Shown: positions 8,521 to 20,768 of the stretch, one piece after another
How the letters are laid out: the number at the start of each line of letters is the position of its first letter
Numbering within the stretch: position 1 is the first letter of the stretch
Assembly: GCA_937872895.1 (NCBI GenBank)
Contig: CALMUP010000008.1
Coordinates: 68,976-132,975, forward strand
Source of the DNA: an uncultured Verrucomicrobiota bacterium
Lineage (GTDB): Bacteria > Verrucomicrobiota > Kiritimatiellia > CAIVKH01
Direction of reading: 5' to 3'
DNA: 64,000 nucleotides
Position numbers and translations under genes: made by a program
The notes under the pieces: model-generated
Seen by the model: the letters and a program-made list of their open reading frames with translations, nothing else
Told to the model about the DNA's origin: nothing
The model's database searches: none

Positions 8521-9192
8521 TTACCAGCCGATCAGCGGCAAGGTGGCGGCGCGGGCGAATTCGCGTTCGGTGGTCCAGGCGAGCAAGCCGGTCTCGAGGT
8601 CGGTTACCTCGACAGTCAGCTTGTAGTACTTCTCCTTGGTCTTGGAGACGCGGACTTGGCGGGGGCTGCGCTGGCTCATCTCGATCATTGAGCCGGTGAT
8701 CATGTACTTCGCGCCGAGCTGCTGGCCGATGCGGACCTGCGTTTCGGGGGTCACGTTCGCGGCCTGGAAGCCCTGCTCGTTCATCAGGTCGGCACGGCGC
8801 GACTCGTTCACGAACTGGGCCTTGCCGGAGCGGAACACCTCGGTGCGGATCCGGTCGGTCAAGGCCTTGGTGTCCATGTACTCGCTGGTGCGGTTCTCGA
8901 TGCCGGGGATCATCATGATAGGCGGGGTGGCCTGGCTGGCCAGGAAGGTAGTGATCATCTCGTCGGCCACGCTCTGGGATATCTGGCGCATGTCCACGAA
9001 ATCGTAGGATTCCTTCATGTGGGTGGTGCGGTTCACATCCACCTCGGTGGTCGAGGCGCGGAAAGCGGCGCAACCGGAGCTGGTGAGCATGGCCAGCATG
9101 CCGCAGCACAGAACACTTGAACGGACGAACATTGCTTTCATTTTCAAACCTGCCTGTTTCTGGTGGGTGGTTTCAACCTGCCTGTTGGTCAA
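8521..9192 (-). CDS. LpoB-like lipoprotein (COG3417; penicillin-binding protein activator family)
   Basis: Lipobox LTSSGC. Segments NRTSEYMDTKALTDRIRTEVFRSGKAQFV, QLGAKYMITGSMIEM and YKLTVEVTDLETGLLAWT parallel the E. coli LpoB core (NRTNGSLNAAE…, VGAHYVLYSSASGN, LQMQLMLVQTGEIIW). The true start is probably the internal MKAMFVRS at about 9141. Confidence 0.6.
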   Translation of the reverse strand: MTNRQVETTHQKQAGLKMKAMFVRSSVLCCGMLAMLTSSGCAAFRASTTEVDVNRTTHMKESYDFVDMRQISQSVADEMITTFLASQATPPIMMIPGIENRTSEYMDTKALTDRIRTEVFRSGKAQFVNESRRADLMNEQGFQAANVTPETQVRIGQQLGAKYMITGSMIEMSQRSPRQVRVSKTKEKYYKLTVEVTDLETGLLAWTTEREFARAATLPLIGW

Positions 9193-9444
9193 GACTTATA
9201 CCTTTCCTCTCTCTAGGACGCAAGGGGGGCGGGAATATTCATCGGCGGGCAGGAAAATGAGACAAGGGGTATAGGCGCCGGCAGCCGGAACCCCATACCG
9301 GGCTGGAACCGGGTCGGGGGGTTCCCGGATCGAACGCATCAGGGTTTTATTGAAACGTTCCATACGTTATTGACGCTATGGGGAGGGTGCGATATGTATG
9401 CGCACTTGTAATTTTCGGGGTCGGGGTAGCCATACCCATCCTGA

Positions 9445-10491
<1,047 letters not shown>

Positions 10492-10500
10492 TCGCAACAA

Positions 10501-10536
10501 CCCCGGACGCGGCGACGCGTCCGGGGTTTCCTTTTC
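10501..10536 (+). terminator. Intrinsic terminator/attenuator hairpin between gap and pgk
   Basis: Perfect 11-bp stem CCCCGGACGCG-gcga-CGCGTCCGGGG followed by the T-rich tract tttccttttcc. Confidence 0.5.
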
Positions 10537-10584
10537 CCCCTCCGTCTTCCCGTTACCGACTCCATCACCAAGGACCTGATCTCA

Positions 10585-11840
10585 TGGACAAGCTGACCAT
10601 TCGCGACATCGACCTCAAGGGCAAGCGTGTGCTGATACGCGTTGACTTCAATGTGCCGATCAAGGACGGCAAGGTGGGCGACGATACCCGCATCACCTCC
10701 GCGCTGCCGACCATCAAGTACGTGCTCGACCACGGCGCCTCGGTGATCCTGATGAGCCACCTCGGTCGTCCGAAGGGGAAGCCTGCCGCCGAGTTCAGCC
10801 TGAAGCCGGTGGCCGAACACCTTTCCAACCTCATGCGACGCCCGGTTCTCTTCGCCCCCGATTGCGTCGGCACCGAGGTCAAGGCGATGGCCGAGTCGCT
10901 CCGTCGCGAACAGCATATCCTCCTGCTCGAGAACCTCCGCTTTCATGCCGAGGAAGAGGGCAAGGCGAAAGTGGCCGAGGACGCCACCGATGACGTCAAG
11001 AAGGCCGCGAAAGCCGAGATGAAGAAGAAGCAGGAGGAATTCGCCCGCCAGTTGTCCGAGCTGGGCGAAATCTATGTCAACGACGCGTTCGGCACCGCGC
11101 ACCGCGCCCACGCCTCGACCGCGATCATCACCAAGTTCTTCAAGCAGAATGTCGCCGGTTTCCTGATGGAGAAGGAGATCAAGTACATGGGCCAGGCGCT
11201 GGCCAATCCGGAACGCCCGTTCATCGCCATCCTTGGTGGAGCAAAGGTCAGCGATAAGGTCAACGTGATCGCCAACCTGCTGACCAAGGTCGATGCGTTG
11301 CTGATCGGCGGCGCAATGGCCTATACGTTCTACCGCGCCATGGGCATCGGAGTCGGCAAGTCCCTGGTCGAGGAAGACAAGAAGGACCTTGCCGCCGACC
11401 TGCTCAAGCAGGCCGAGACGCGCGGCGTCAAGCTGCTCCTGCCGGTCGACAACATCGTTGCCGATGCGTTCAGCGCCCAGGCGAATACCAAGGTCGTTTC
11501 CCGCGACGGCATCCCGTCGGACTGGGAGTCGCTGGACATCGGCCCGGAGACTGCGAAGCTGTTTGCCGCGGAAATCAAGCGCGCCAAGACGGTGATCTGG
11601 AACGGCCCGATGGGCTGCTTCGAGATGGCCCCGTTCGCGGGCGGAACCTTGGCTGTTGCCAAGGCCATCGCCGAGACCACCTGCGTCAGCATCATCGGTG
11701 GTGGCGACAGCGTCAGCGCGATCAACCAGAGTGGCTTGGCCGACAAGATGACCCATATCAGTACCGGTGGCGGCGCGAGCCTCGAGTTCCTCGAAGGCAA
11801 GATCCTCCCCGGTGTGGATGCCCTTTCAACCAAAGCCTGA
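10585..11840 (+). CDS. pgk: Phosphoglycerate kinase
   Basis: [25 protein letters not shown]…. The ORF-track start at 10062 is a spurious read-through of the gap 3' flank; the true ATG is at 10585. The protein carries a roughly 20-aa Lys/Glu/Ala-rich insertion after [11 protein letters not shown]. Confidence 0.95.
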
Positions 11841-11875
11841 GTCACCCCCTTCACCCCCAACGTCAGGAATCCATC

Positions 11876-12646
11876 ATGACTGCCAACAAGAGCCGCAAGC
11901 CCATTGTCGCCGGCAACTGGAAAATGAACAAGACCGTCGCCGATGCCGTGGTGCTCGCCGATGCGATCAAGCGCAGCCTCGCCGGCTGCAAGGATGTCGA
12001 TATTGTCCTATGCCCTCCGTTTACCGCGCTGAAGGCGGTGAGCGATGTCATCTCCGGCACCCACATCGACCTCGGCGCGCAGAACATGCACTGGGAGAAG
12101 TCCGGCGCGTTCACCGGCGAGATTTCCGCCGAAATGCTCCGCGAAGTCTATTGCCACTACGTCATCCTCGGCCACAGCGAACGCCGTGCTTATTTCGGCG
12201 AATCCGATGAGATCGTGAACAAGAAGACCAAGGCGGCGCTGGAAAGCAACCTGACCCCGATCGTCTGTGTCGGCGAGACGCTGGCCGAACGCGAGGGCGG
12301 CAAGACCAACGATGTCGTCGGCACCCAGGTGCGCGGCAGCCTGGCCGGCCTGAGTGCCCGCCAGTTGGTCGACACCGTGATCGCCTACGAGCCGGTCTGG
12401 GCGATCGGCACCGGTAAGACCGCCTCGCCCGAACAGGCGCAGGAGGTCCATGCCTACATCCGCGGCGTGCTGAAGGACATGGCCGATGCCGCCGTGGCCC
12501 AATCGGTGCGTATCCAGTACGGCGGTAGCGTCAAGGCCTCAAACGCCAAGGAGCTGTTCAGCCTGCCGGATATCGACGGCGGCCTGATCGGTGGCGCCTC
12601 CCTCGAAGCCCGGTCCTTTATTGACATTGTGCAGGCGGCCCTGTAA
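11876..12646 (+). CDS. tpiA: Triose-phosphate isomerase
   Basis: IVAGNWKMN…, with a catalytic-loop and EPVWAIGTG motif. 256 aa. Confidence 0.95.
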   Translation: MTANKSRKPIVAGNWKMNKTVADAVVLADAIKRSLAGCKDVDIVLCPPFTALKAVSDVISGTHIDLGAQNMHWEKSGAFTGEISAEMLREVYCHYVILGHSERRAYFGESDEIVNKKTKAALESNLTPIVCVGETLAEREGGKTNDVVGTQVRGSLAGLSARQLVDTVIAYEPVWAIGTGKTASPEQAQEVHAYIRGVLKDMADAAVAQSVRIQYGGSVKASNAKELFSLPDIDGGLIGGASLEARSFIDIVQAAL

Positions 12647-12672
12647 GCAGACCGGCAAACGTAAGGAATTTT

Positions 12673-13167
12673 ATGCAAAGCGTGTTGCTCGTCGTCTTGA
12701 TTCTGATCGAAGTTGTTTGCTGCCTCCTGCTGATCGGAGTGATCCTGCTCCAGCAGTCGAAAAGCCAGGGACTTGGCCTCGCCTTTGGGGGTGGGATGGG
12801 CGAATCGTTGTTTGGTTCCCGTGCCGGCAATGTGTTGACCAAGATCACCATCATCCTGTCGATCGTGTTTCTAGCCAACACCACGCTGTTGGGCATCCTG
12901 TTCTCCTCGAGCGATGACCGATCGCTGGTCGAAAAAGTTGCTGCACCCGCGCCGTTGCCGGTGGCGGCCCCAGCCGCTTCGGACATGATGGCGTCGCCGA
13001 GCCAGCAGGGAACCCTGTTCCCTACCACGGATGGTACACCGGTTACCGCTCCGGTCGAAGCCCCGGCCATGGCCCCGACGGTGACCGCTGATCCGATACC
13101 GATTGCCGTGCCGGCAGAAGAAGCGGCTTCCCCGGTTGAGACCGCCGAGCCGGTCGCCACGCCCTGA
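12673..13167 (+). CDS. secG: Preprotein translocase subunit SecG (with Ala/Pro-rich C-terminal tail)
   Basis: …LLQQSKSQGLGLAFGGGMGESLFGSRAG… is the canonical SecG core, in the conserved gap-pgk-tpi-secG arrangement. Confidence 0.8.
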   Translation: MQSVLLVVLILIEVVCCLLLIGVILLQQSKSQGLGLAFGGGMGESLFGSRAGNVLTKITIILSIVFLANTTLLGILFSSSDDRSLVEKVAAPAPLPVAAPAASDMMASPSQQGTLFPTTDGTPVTAPVEAPAMAPTVTADPIPIAVPAEEAASPVETAEPVATP

Positions 13168-13190
13168 GCCGCAAGGCGCACGCTGCTCCC

Positions 13191-15017
13191 ATGCATGCCG
13201 ATCCCACGCCGGCGATCCGTCTCCCGGCCTGGATCGGCATGTTGCTTTTGATCTCCCTCGCATTCCCGCTCGGATGCGGCGATCCCACGCTGCGCACCTC
13301 CGCCCCGGTCGAATCCGTGTTGCGCCAGGACACCCTCCGCATCCGCGGGTTTGATCCGGTCAAGGCGGGTGACGCGCCCAGCGCCCTCGCCATCGCCCGT
13401 ATCTACGAACCGCTCCTTCAGTACGCCTACCTCGACCGTCCCTACCGCGTGGTGCCCTTGCTCGCAGCCGACCTACCGGTCGTCTCGGACGATGGCCTGA
13501 CCTATACCTTCACCATCCGCCCCGGCATCCATTTTCAGGATGATCCCTGCTTTACCGCCACCGGCGGCAAGGGCCGCGAGGTCACCGCCGAGGATTTCGT
13601 TTATTCGGTGAAACGGCTGGCCGACCGCAAAAACCAGTCGGTCGGTTACTGGATCCTCGACGGACGGGTGGTCGGACTTGATGCCTTCCGCGAGGCGTCG
13701 GGAACGCCGGAGCCGACCGACTACGACGTCGAGATCGAAGGCATCCGCGCCCTCGACCGCTACACCCTCCAGTGGAAACTGACCGAGCCGTATCCGCAAC
13801 TACTGTGGGTTCTGGCCATGCACTATGTCTGCGCCTTCCCCCGCGAAGCGGTGGAACGGTATGGCGATGCCATCACCCGGCACCCGGTCGGAACCGGACC
13901 CTACATCCTCGAACAGTGGGTGCCAAATTACCGGCTCGATTACGTTCGCAACCCGAAATGGGCGGAAACCGGACGCATCGACCGGTTTCCGTCCACCGCG
14001 ACCGAGGCGTTCCGGGAACGGGGCCTGCTTGCCGACGCCGGGCAGCCGTTGCCGTTCATCGACCGCATCACCGATACCGTGGTGATGGACCCGGCCACCC
14101 GCTGGCTGATGTTCATGAAGGAGCAGCTCGACGCCTCGGATGTCTCGCGGGACAACTGGGACGCCGTGCTCGATGACCAACTCGGCCTCGCCCCGGCGCT
14201 CGCCGCGCGTGGCATCACCGTCAGCCACGGTCCCTCGCTCCGTCTCGGTTACTTCGCCTTCAACATGGAAGACCCGCTGCTCGGCGCGAACCGCGCGCTT
14301 CGCCAGGCCATGACCTGCGCCTTCGACACCGAAGCCTGGATCACCCTCTACAACGGACGCATCACCCGGCCGAACGGACCGATCCCCGAGGGCCTTGACG
14401 GCCATGAGCCGGACTACCAGCCGTTCCCGTTCGACCTCGACCGCGCGAAGGCGCTGATGGTCGAGGCCGGTTTTCCCGAAGGCCGTGACCCCGCCACCGG
14501 CCGCCGCCTGCAGATCACGCTCGAACTCGGACGCGCCGACGACGCGGAGTTGCGCCAATCGGCCGAACTCTTCGCCCACTTCATGAGCCGGATCGGCATT
14601 CAGATCAACCTCAGCTACAACAACGGCCCGGCGTTCTTCGACAAGCTTGAACGCCGCCAGGCCCCGATGTTCTTCCTGAGCTGGATCGGTGACTATCCCG
14701 ATGCGGAGAACTTCCTCCAGCTCTTCTACGGACCGAACAGCTCGCCTGGGCCGAACCGCAGCAACTACCGCAACCCGGAATTCGATGCCTTGTACGAGCG
14801 GATCCGCGTCATGCCCGACACCCCGGAGCGCACCGCGTTGTACCAGGCGATGGCCCGCATCGTCATCGCGGACTGTCCGTGGATCTTCGCCTACCAGCAC
14901 CTGAATGTCGGCTTGCGCCATGCCTGGTTCGGCAACTACGCGATGCACGCCTTCCCCTACGGCAACGAGAAGTACTACCGGATCAACCGCGCGGGCGGGG
15001 CAGGGGGGGCGCGTTGA
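13191..15017 (+). CDS. ABC transporter substrate-binding protein, family 5 (Opp/Dpp-like)
   Basis: 608 aa with a signal peptide and SBP_bac_5 architecture. The stop overlaps the start of the first permease by 1 nt. Confidence 0.85.
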   Translation: MHADPTPAIRLPAWIGMLLLISLAFPLGCGDPTLRTSAPVESVLRQDTLRIRGFDPVKAGDAPSALAIARIYEPLLQYAYLDRPYRVVPLLAADLPVVSDDGLTYTFTIRPGIHFQDDPCFTATGGKGREVTAEDFVYSVKRLADRKNQSVGYWILDGRVVGLDAFREASGTPEPTDYDVEIEGIRALDRYTLQWKLTEPYPQLLWVLAMHYVCAFPREAVERYGDAITRHPVGTGPYILEQWVPNYRLDYVRNPKWAETGRIDRFPSTATEAFRERGLLADAGQPLPFIDRITDTVVMDPATRWLMFMKEQLDASDVSRDNWDAVLDDQLGLAPALAARGITVSHGPSLRLGYFAFNMEDPLLGANRALRQAMTCAFDTEAWITLYNGRITRPNGPIPEGLDGHEPDYQPFPFDLDRAKALMVEAGFPEGRDPATGRRLQITLELGRADDAELRQSAELFAHFMSRIGIQINLSYNNGPAFFDKLERRQAPMFFLSWIGDYPDAENFLQLFYGPNSSPGPNRSNYRNPEFDALYERIRVMPDTPERTALYQAMARIVIADCPWIFAYQHLNVGLRHAWFGNYAMHAFPYGNEKYYRINRAGGAGGAR

Positions 15018-16327
15018 TGCTTCGCTACCTGATGCGCCGTCTCGTGCAGATGATCCCGACGATGATCGGGGTTGTGCTGATCACCTTCATCCTGTTCAAC
15101 CTCGTCGGCGGCAGCCCGGCCCGCATGGTGCTCGGCGACAAGGCGTCGGCGCGGCAACTCGAGGAGTTCGATGAACAGCGCGGATTCAACCGTCCGCTGT
15201 TCTTTGGTCGCACCAGTCCGACGCGCCTGTACGCGGCAACCGACTTCCGCCGCTCGGCGGGTCCATGGACCGGCAGTTCCGGCGTGGTGCACCATACCGA
15301 GGGATTCCTCCGCCTCACGGGCCCCGCCTCGGTCCCGTTCCCGTTGTCCTTCGCTCCACTGCCGGGTCACCGGTATGCCTGGCGGCTCGAAGTCCGAACC
15401 TCGGGCGAAGGCGCGGCCTTGCGCGTGCGTGACGGGACGCGGGAGCTACCTCCCGGTGCCTCGGTGCAGGGGTGGACCGATGGCGTGGACGCCGCGGGTG
15501 ATCCCTACCGGCCGCACCTCGATGTGCCGGCTGGCGTCACCGTGGACCTGGTCGCGCTCACCTGCAAACGGGCGCATGCCCGGCCGTGGCAGTCGCAGTG
15601 GTCCCACTACCTCGGGCAGGTGCTGCGGTTCGACTTCGGGACATCGCACGCAGTCAACCGTCCGGTCGCCGACCTGCTGCGCGAGGGGATCAGCCCGACC
15701 TTGCTGCTCGCCACCCCGATCCTCGTCGGCGAGACCGTGCTCAGCCTGGTGCTCGCCTTGCTGTGCGCCTACCGGCGCGGGCGCTGGCTCGACCATACGG
15801 TACTCGTGGCCTGTGTCATGCTGATGAGCGTCAACTACCTGGTCTGGATCGTGGCCGGGCAGTATTGGCTGGGTTACCGGCTCGACCTGTTTCCGGTATG
15901 GGGCTTCGAGTCGTGGTCCTACCTGCTGCTCCCGGTCCTCATCGGCATCCTGCACGGGCTCGGTCCCAACGTGCGGTTCTACCGCTCGATCATGCTCGAG
16001 GAGATGAACCGCGACTATGTGCGCACCGCGCGGGCCAAGGGCATCGGCACGGCGGGCATCCTGTTCCGCCACGTGCTCAAGAACGCGATGATCCCGGTCA
16101 TCACCAACGTCGTGTTGTCGTTACCATTCCTGTACACCGGCAGCCTGCTGCTGGAGACGTTCTTCGGCATTCCCGGCCTCGGGTACATCAGCGTCAACGC
16201 GATCAATTCATCCGACGTCGATGTCGTGCGCGCCGTGGTGCTGATCGGTTCGTTCCTGTACCTCGCCTCCAACCTGATGGCCGATATCGCCTATGCGCTG
16301 GTCGATCCGAGGGTGCGGCTGTCATGA
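15017..16327 (+). CDS. ABC transporter permease (OppB/DppB-like) with long periplasmic insertion
   Basis: N-terminus MLRYLMRRLVQMIPTMIGVVLITF with BPD_transp_1 TM helices. An insert of about 170 aa lies between TM1 and TM2. ATG at 15017; the track start at 14879 was rejected. Confidence 0.85.
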   Translation: MLRYLMRRLVQMIPTMIGVVLITFILFNLVGGSPARMVLGDKASARQLEEFDEQRGFNRPLFFGRTSPTRLYAATDFRRSAGPWTGSSGVVHHTEGFLRLTGPASVPFPLSFAPLPGHRYAWRLEVRTSGEGAALRVRDGTRELPPGASVQGWTDGVDAAGDPYRPHLDVPAGVTVDLVALTCKRAHARPWQSQWSHYLGQVLRFDFGTSHAVNRPVADLLREGISPTLLLATPILVGETVLSLVLALLCAYRRGRWLDHTVLVACVMLMSVNYLVWIVAGQYWLGYRLDLFPVWGFESWSYLLLPVLIGILHGLGPNVRFYRSIMLEEMNRDYVRTARAKGIGTAGILFRHVLKNAMIPVITNVVLSLPFLYTGSLLLETFFGIPGLGYISVNAINSSDVDVVRAVVLIGSFLYLASNLMADIAYALVDPRVRLS

Positions 16328-17220
16328 GTGCGGACGTCCAGATCGCCGTCGCCGTGCGCTCCGGGGCCTGGGCCCAGTTGTGGCGTTCGACGCGGGCCCG
16401 GTGGTGCATCGGCATCGTGCTGGTCTACGTCGCGATGGCCTTGTACGGCGAGGCGGTATACCAGTGGCACCAGTGGCACGACGTCGTACCGTCGTACCAG
16501 CACCAGGACCTCGACCGCCGGTTCGAGCCGCCGGGTCGCGACCACTGGCTGGGCACCGATGCCCTCGGTCGTGACGTGTTGCAGCGCCTCGTGCAAGGCG
16601 CGCGCATCGCGTTCCGGGTCGGCATCATCACGTCGCTCATCGCGATTCCGATCGGCGTCCTGCTCGGCGCGCTGGCCGGGTATTTCGGGGGCAAGACCGA
16701 CGACGTGATCGTCTGGCTCTATTCCACCTTTGCCGCGATTCCCGGACTGCTCTTCATCCTCGCCATCGCCATGGTCGTCGGGAAGGGACTGCTCGGGGTG
16801 TACCTCGGCATCGGCCTCACCATGTGGGTGGGGGTCTGCCGCCTGGTGCGCGCCGAGGTGATGAAGCAGCGGGCCTTGCCCTACGTGATGGCGGCGCGGG
16901 TGCTGGGTTATTCGCATGCGCGGATTATCGTCCGCCACATCCTGCCCAATGTCCTGCACATCATCATCGTCGCCTTCACCCTCCGGTTCCCCGCCTCGGT
17001 CGGCACGGAAGTCTTCATGAGCTTCCTCGGACTCGGGGTGCAGGGTGAACCCTCGTGGGGCATCATGATCAACAACGCACGGTTGCGGTTGTGGCAGGGC
17101 GTCTGGTGGGAGATGACCTTCGTCACGCTCGCCCTCTTCCTGCTCGTCTGGGCCTTCAACCTGCTTGGGGATGCCCTGCGCGATGCCCTCGATCCGCGCG
17201 TCCGTTCGCAGCGAACGTAA
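16324..17220 (+). CDS. ABC transporter permease (OppC/DppC-like)
   Basis: Overlaps the previous permease in an ATGA arrangement, with a typical DppC topology. No ATPase genes follow. Confidence 0.85.
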   Translation: MSADVQIAVAVRSGAWAQLWRSTRARWCIGIVLVYVAMALYGEAVYQWHQWHDVVPSYQHQDLDRRFEPPGRDHWLGTDALGRDVLQRLVQGARIAFRVGIITSLIAIPIGVLLGALAGYFGGKTDDVIVWLYSTFAAIPGLLFILAIAMVVGKGLLGVYLGIGLTMWVGVCRLVRAEVMKQRALPYVMAARVLGYSHARIIVRHILPNVLHIIIVAFTLRFPASVGTEVFMSFLGLGVQGEPSWGIMINNARLRLWQGVWWEMTFVTLALFLLVWAFNLLGDALRDALDPRVRSQRT

Positions 17221-17345
17221 AAGGCAAACCACCCATTCTCCTCTTGATCCTCTTCATCGAGCGAAGCGGATGGTAAAAAATCTTCCCGAATTTAACTTGC
17301 AACCCCTTCAAGGTGTAATATCCTTTTATCCGAAAGTACGCATAT
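17221..17345 (+). promoter_or_regulatory. AT-rich promoter/operator region upstream of SahR-like regulator and ahcY
   Basis: Locally AT-rich (ggtaaaaaatcttcccgaatttaacttgc…gtgtaatatccttttatccgaaagtacgcatat) within a GC-rich genome. Direct TATCC repeats are present. Confidence 0.3.
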
Positions 17346-18272
17346 ATGCCTGAAGCCGACACGATTGAAATCTTCCGCGCCCTGGCCGACGATGTGCGGT
17401 TGCGGTTGGTTCGGGCGTTGATGACCGCGGAACTTTCGGTGGCGGAGTTGGTACAAGTGCTTGGTTTGCCGCAGTCTACGGTGAGTCGGCATTTGAAGCC
17501 GCTCCGCGATTGTGCGTTGGTGGAGACGCGACGCGAAGGCACCTCGGTGTATTACCGGAAGGGTCCGGCGCTGCGCGAATCGAACCTCGAGCAGGTGTTG
17601 GACCGGGAGCTGCCGCGGTTGGCGACGGCACGCGAAGATGCCCAGGCGGTGCGCCGGGTGTTGGAGCAGCGACGCCGGCGCAGCCACGAGTTTTTTGAAA
17701 AGATGGCCGGCAAGTACGGGGAGTTGACCCAGCCCGGGGGCGGGTGGTCGGCCTTGGCTGCCGGGTTGGCCGCCGGATTCACCGGCCGCGAGGTGGTGGA
17801 CATGGGGGCCGGGGAAGGCGAGTTGGCCTTGCTGCTTGCCCGGTTCGCCGGACGGGTGACCGCGGTGGACCAGTCGCAGGCGATGTTGAAGGAAGTCCGC
17901 AGCAAGGCGGAAGCCGCGGGACTGGGTTCGGTGGTGCAGGTGTGCGAGAGCGACATGGAGTCGTTGCCGCTGGCGGATGCCTCGGCCGATGCGGTGTTCC
18001 TGAGCCAGGCCTTGCACCATGCCGCGCAACCGGAGGCGGCGGTGCGCGAAGCGGCGCGGATCCTGCGGCCGGGCGGGCAGGTGATCCTGCTCGACCTGGT
18101 CAAGCACGACCAGGATTGGGTGCGCGAGCAGTGGGCCGACCAGTGGCTGGGGTTTGGTGAGCAGGAGATCCGCGATTGGATGAACGCGGCCGGATTGAAG
18201 CAGGTGCGCACCGAGCGACTGCCCGCAGCCTCGGATGCGTTTACGGTTTTGTTGGCGAGTGCATGCAAGTAA
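17346..18272 (+). CDS. ArsR-family HTH fused to SAM-dependent methyltransferase-like domain (SahR-like SAM/SAH-responsive regulator)
   Basis: The N-terminal region has an ArsR HTH ([18 protein letters not shown]…[21 protein letters not shown]). The C-terminal region has a Methyltransf_11-like domain ([13 protein letters not shown]…VDQSQAML…[12 protein letters not shown]). It sits immediately upstream of ahcY. Confidence 0.7.
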   Translation: MPEADTIEIFRALADDVRLRLVRALMTAELSVAELVQVLGLPQSTVSRHLKPLRDCALVETRREGTSVYYRKGPALRESNLEQVLDRELPRLATAREDAQAVRRVLEQRRRRSHEFFEKMAGKYGELTQPGGGWSALAAGLAAGFTGREVVDMGAGEGELALLLARFAGRVTAVDQSQAMLKEVRSKAEAAGLGSVVQVCESDMESLPLADASADAVFLSQALHHAAQPEAAVREAARILRPGGQVILLDLVKHDQDWVREQWADQWLGFGEQEIRDWMNAAGLKQVRTERLPAASDAFTVLLASACK

Positions 18273-18307
18273 CAGCAACGGTATCAAACACGAAGGAGCA
18301 GAGAGAC

Positions 18308-19729
<1,422 letters not shown>

Positions 19730-19752
19730 GCGGTCGTCCGGCTTGTTGCAGC

Positions 19753-19786
19753 GAAGCGCTCCCCGCAAGGGGGGCGCTTTTTTTAT
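19753..19786 (+). terminator. Rho-independent terminator after ahcY
   Basis: Stem AGCGCTCCCC-gcaa-GGGGGGCGCT followed by TTTTTTT. Confidence 0.7.
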
Positions 19787-19913
19787 GCAAACGGTAGCAC
19801 TGTCCAATCATTGGAAACAACGAATCTGGTGCTGTCCAGTCATGGGAAAGCAGTTTTGTAACCACGGATGAACACGGATTCAGAGGGTGGTGTAGAGGTG
19901 CTGTTCCAGATAC

Positions 19914-19982
19914 ACTTCGACTTCGCTCCGGGCATTCGACGCGGATGGCCCGCCATGAGCAAGCTGAACGAAGTGAAGCGCG
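19914..19982. repeat. Solo copy of the 107-bp repeat unit, truncated exactly at the GIY-YIG stop codon
   Basis: cttcgacttcgctccgggcattcgacgcggatggcccgccatgagcaagctgaacgaagtgaagcgcg matches the tandem units at 20276-20670. Confidence 0.7.
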
Positions 19983-19984
19983 GA

Positions 19985-20266
19985 TCACGTCCGGGAGCGG
20001 CTCAATGCTTTCAGACTCACGTGATCGCCCCGTACGAGGGCTAGTTTCTTTGCCCTGGACCATCGCTTAATCTGTTTCTCGCGGGCAATGGCGGTAGCGT
20101 GATCAGGCGCCGACTCGGAGTAGATAAGTTTTCCGAAGCCATGATGAGCTACATGCAGGGCGCCACGTTTTTCCGAATGGTAGGACATTCGCTGTTCGAG
20201 GTCATGGGTGTGCCCTACATAGAGCGACCCATCACCACATTCGACTATGTAAACGGCGTATTGCAT
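19985..20266 (-). CDS. GIY-YIG nuclease family protein (stand-alone URI domain)
   Basis: 93 aa. YAVYIVECGDGSLYVGHTHDLEQRMSYH… is a classical GIY-YIG motif. Confidence 0.75.
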   Translation of the reverse strand: MQYAVYIVECGDGSLYVGHTHDLEQRMSYHSEKRGALHVAHHGFGKLIYSESAPDHATAIAREKQIKRWSRAKKLALVRGDHVSLKALSRSRT

Positions 20267-20275
20267 GGGTAAGCC

Positions 20276-20673
20276 CGCCCTTCGACTACGCTCAGGGCAT
20301 TCGACGCGGATGGCCCGCCATGAGCAAGCTGAACGAAGTGAAGCGCGTCGAGTCGTGGTGTCTTCATCGTATATCTAAAGTTCGCCCTTCGACTTCGCTC
20401 AGGGCATTCGACGCGGATGGCCCGCCATGAGCAAGCTGAACGAAGTGAAGCGCGTCGAGTCGTGGTGTCTTCATCGTATATCTAAAGTTCGCCCTTCGAC
20501 TTCGCTCAGGGCATTCGACGCGGATGGCCCGCCATGAGCAAGCTGAACGAAGTGAAGCGCGTCGAGTCGTGGTGTCTTCATCGTATATCTAAAGTTCGCC
20601 CTTCGACTTCGCTCAGGGCATTCGACGCGGATGGCCCGCCATGAGCAAGCTGAACGAAGTGAGGCGCGTCGAA
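20276..20673. repeat. Tandem array, about 3.7 copies of a 107-bp unit
   Basis: Units at 20276-20382, 20383-20489 and 20490-20596 are near-identical. The fourth, partial unit merges into the 3' flank of tRNA-Ser. Copies are identical with no unique spacers, so this is not a CRISPR array. Confidence 0.85.
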
Positions 20674-20768
20674 TGGCGGAGAGAGAGGGATTCGAACCCT
20701 CGGTACCTGGTTAACCCAAGTACAAGTGATTAGCAATCACTCGCATTCGACCACTCTGCCATCTCTCC
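20674..20768 (-). tRNA. tRNA-Ser (anticodon GCT), type II with long variable arm; CCA encoded
   Basis: The reverse complement folds as GGAGAGA / D-arm / anticodon stem AGTGA, loop TTGCTAA, TCACT / long variable stem / T-arm GAGGGTTCGAATCCCTC / acceptor / G / CCA. Confidence 0.85.

Noticed and set aside
19914-19982. Short peptide ORF (MARHEQAERSEARRVVVSSSYI) present in every 107-bp repeat unit.
   Set aside because: There is no RBS, it is only 22 aa, and the composition is dictated by the repeat. It is treated as non-coding.
20276-20673. Possible CRISPR array suggested by regularly spaced repeats.
   Set aside because: The 107-bp units are identical over their full length, with no variable spacers. 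The period is too long and no cas genes are nearby. It is a plain tandem repeat.
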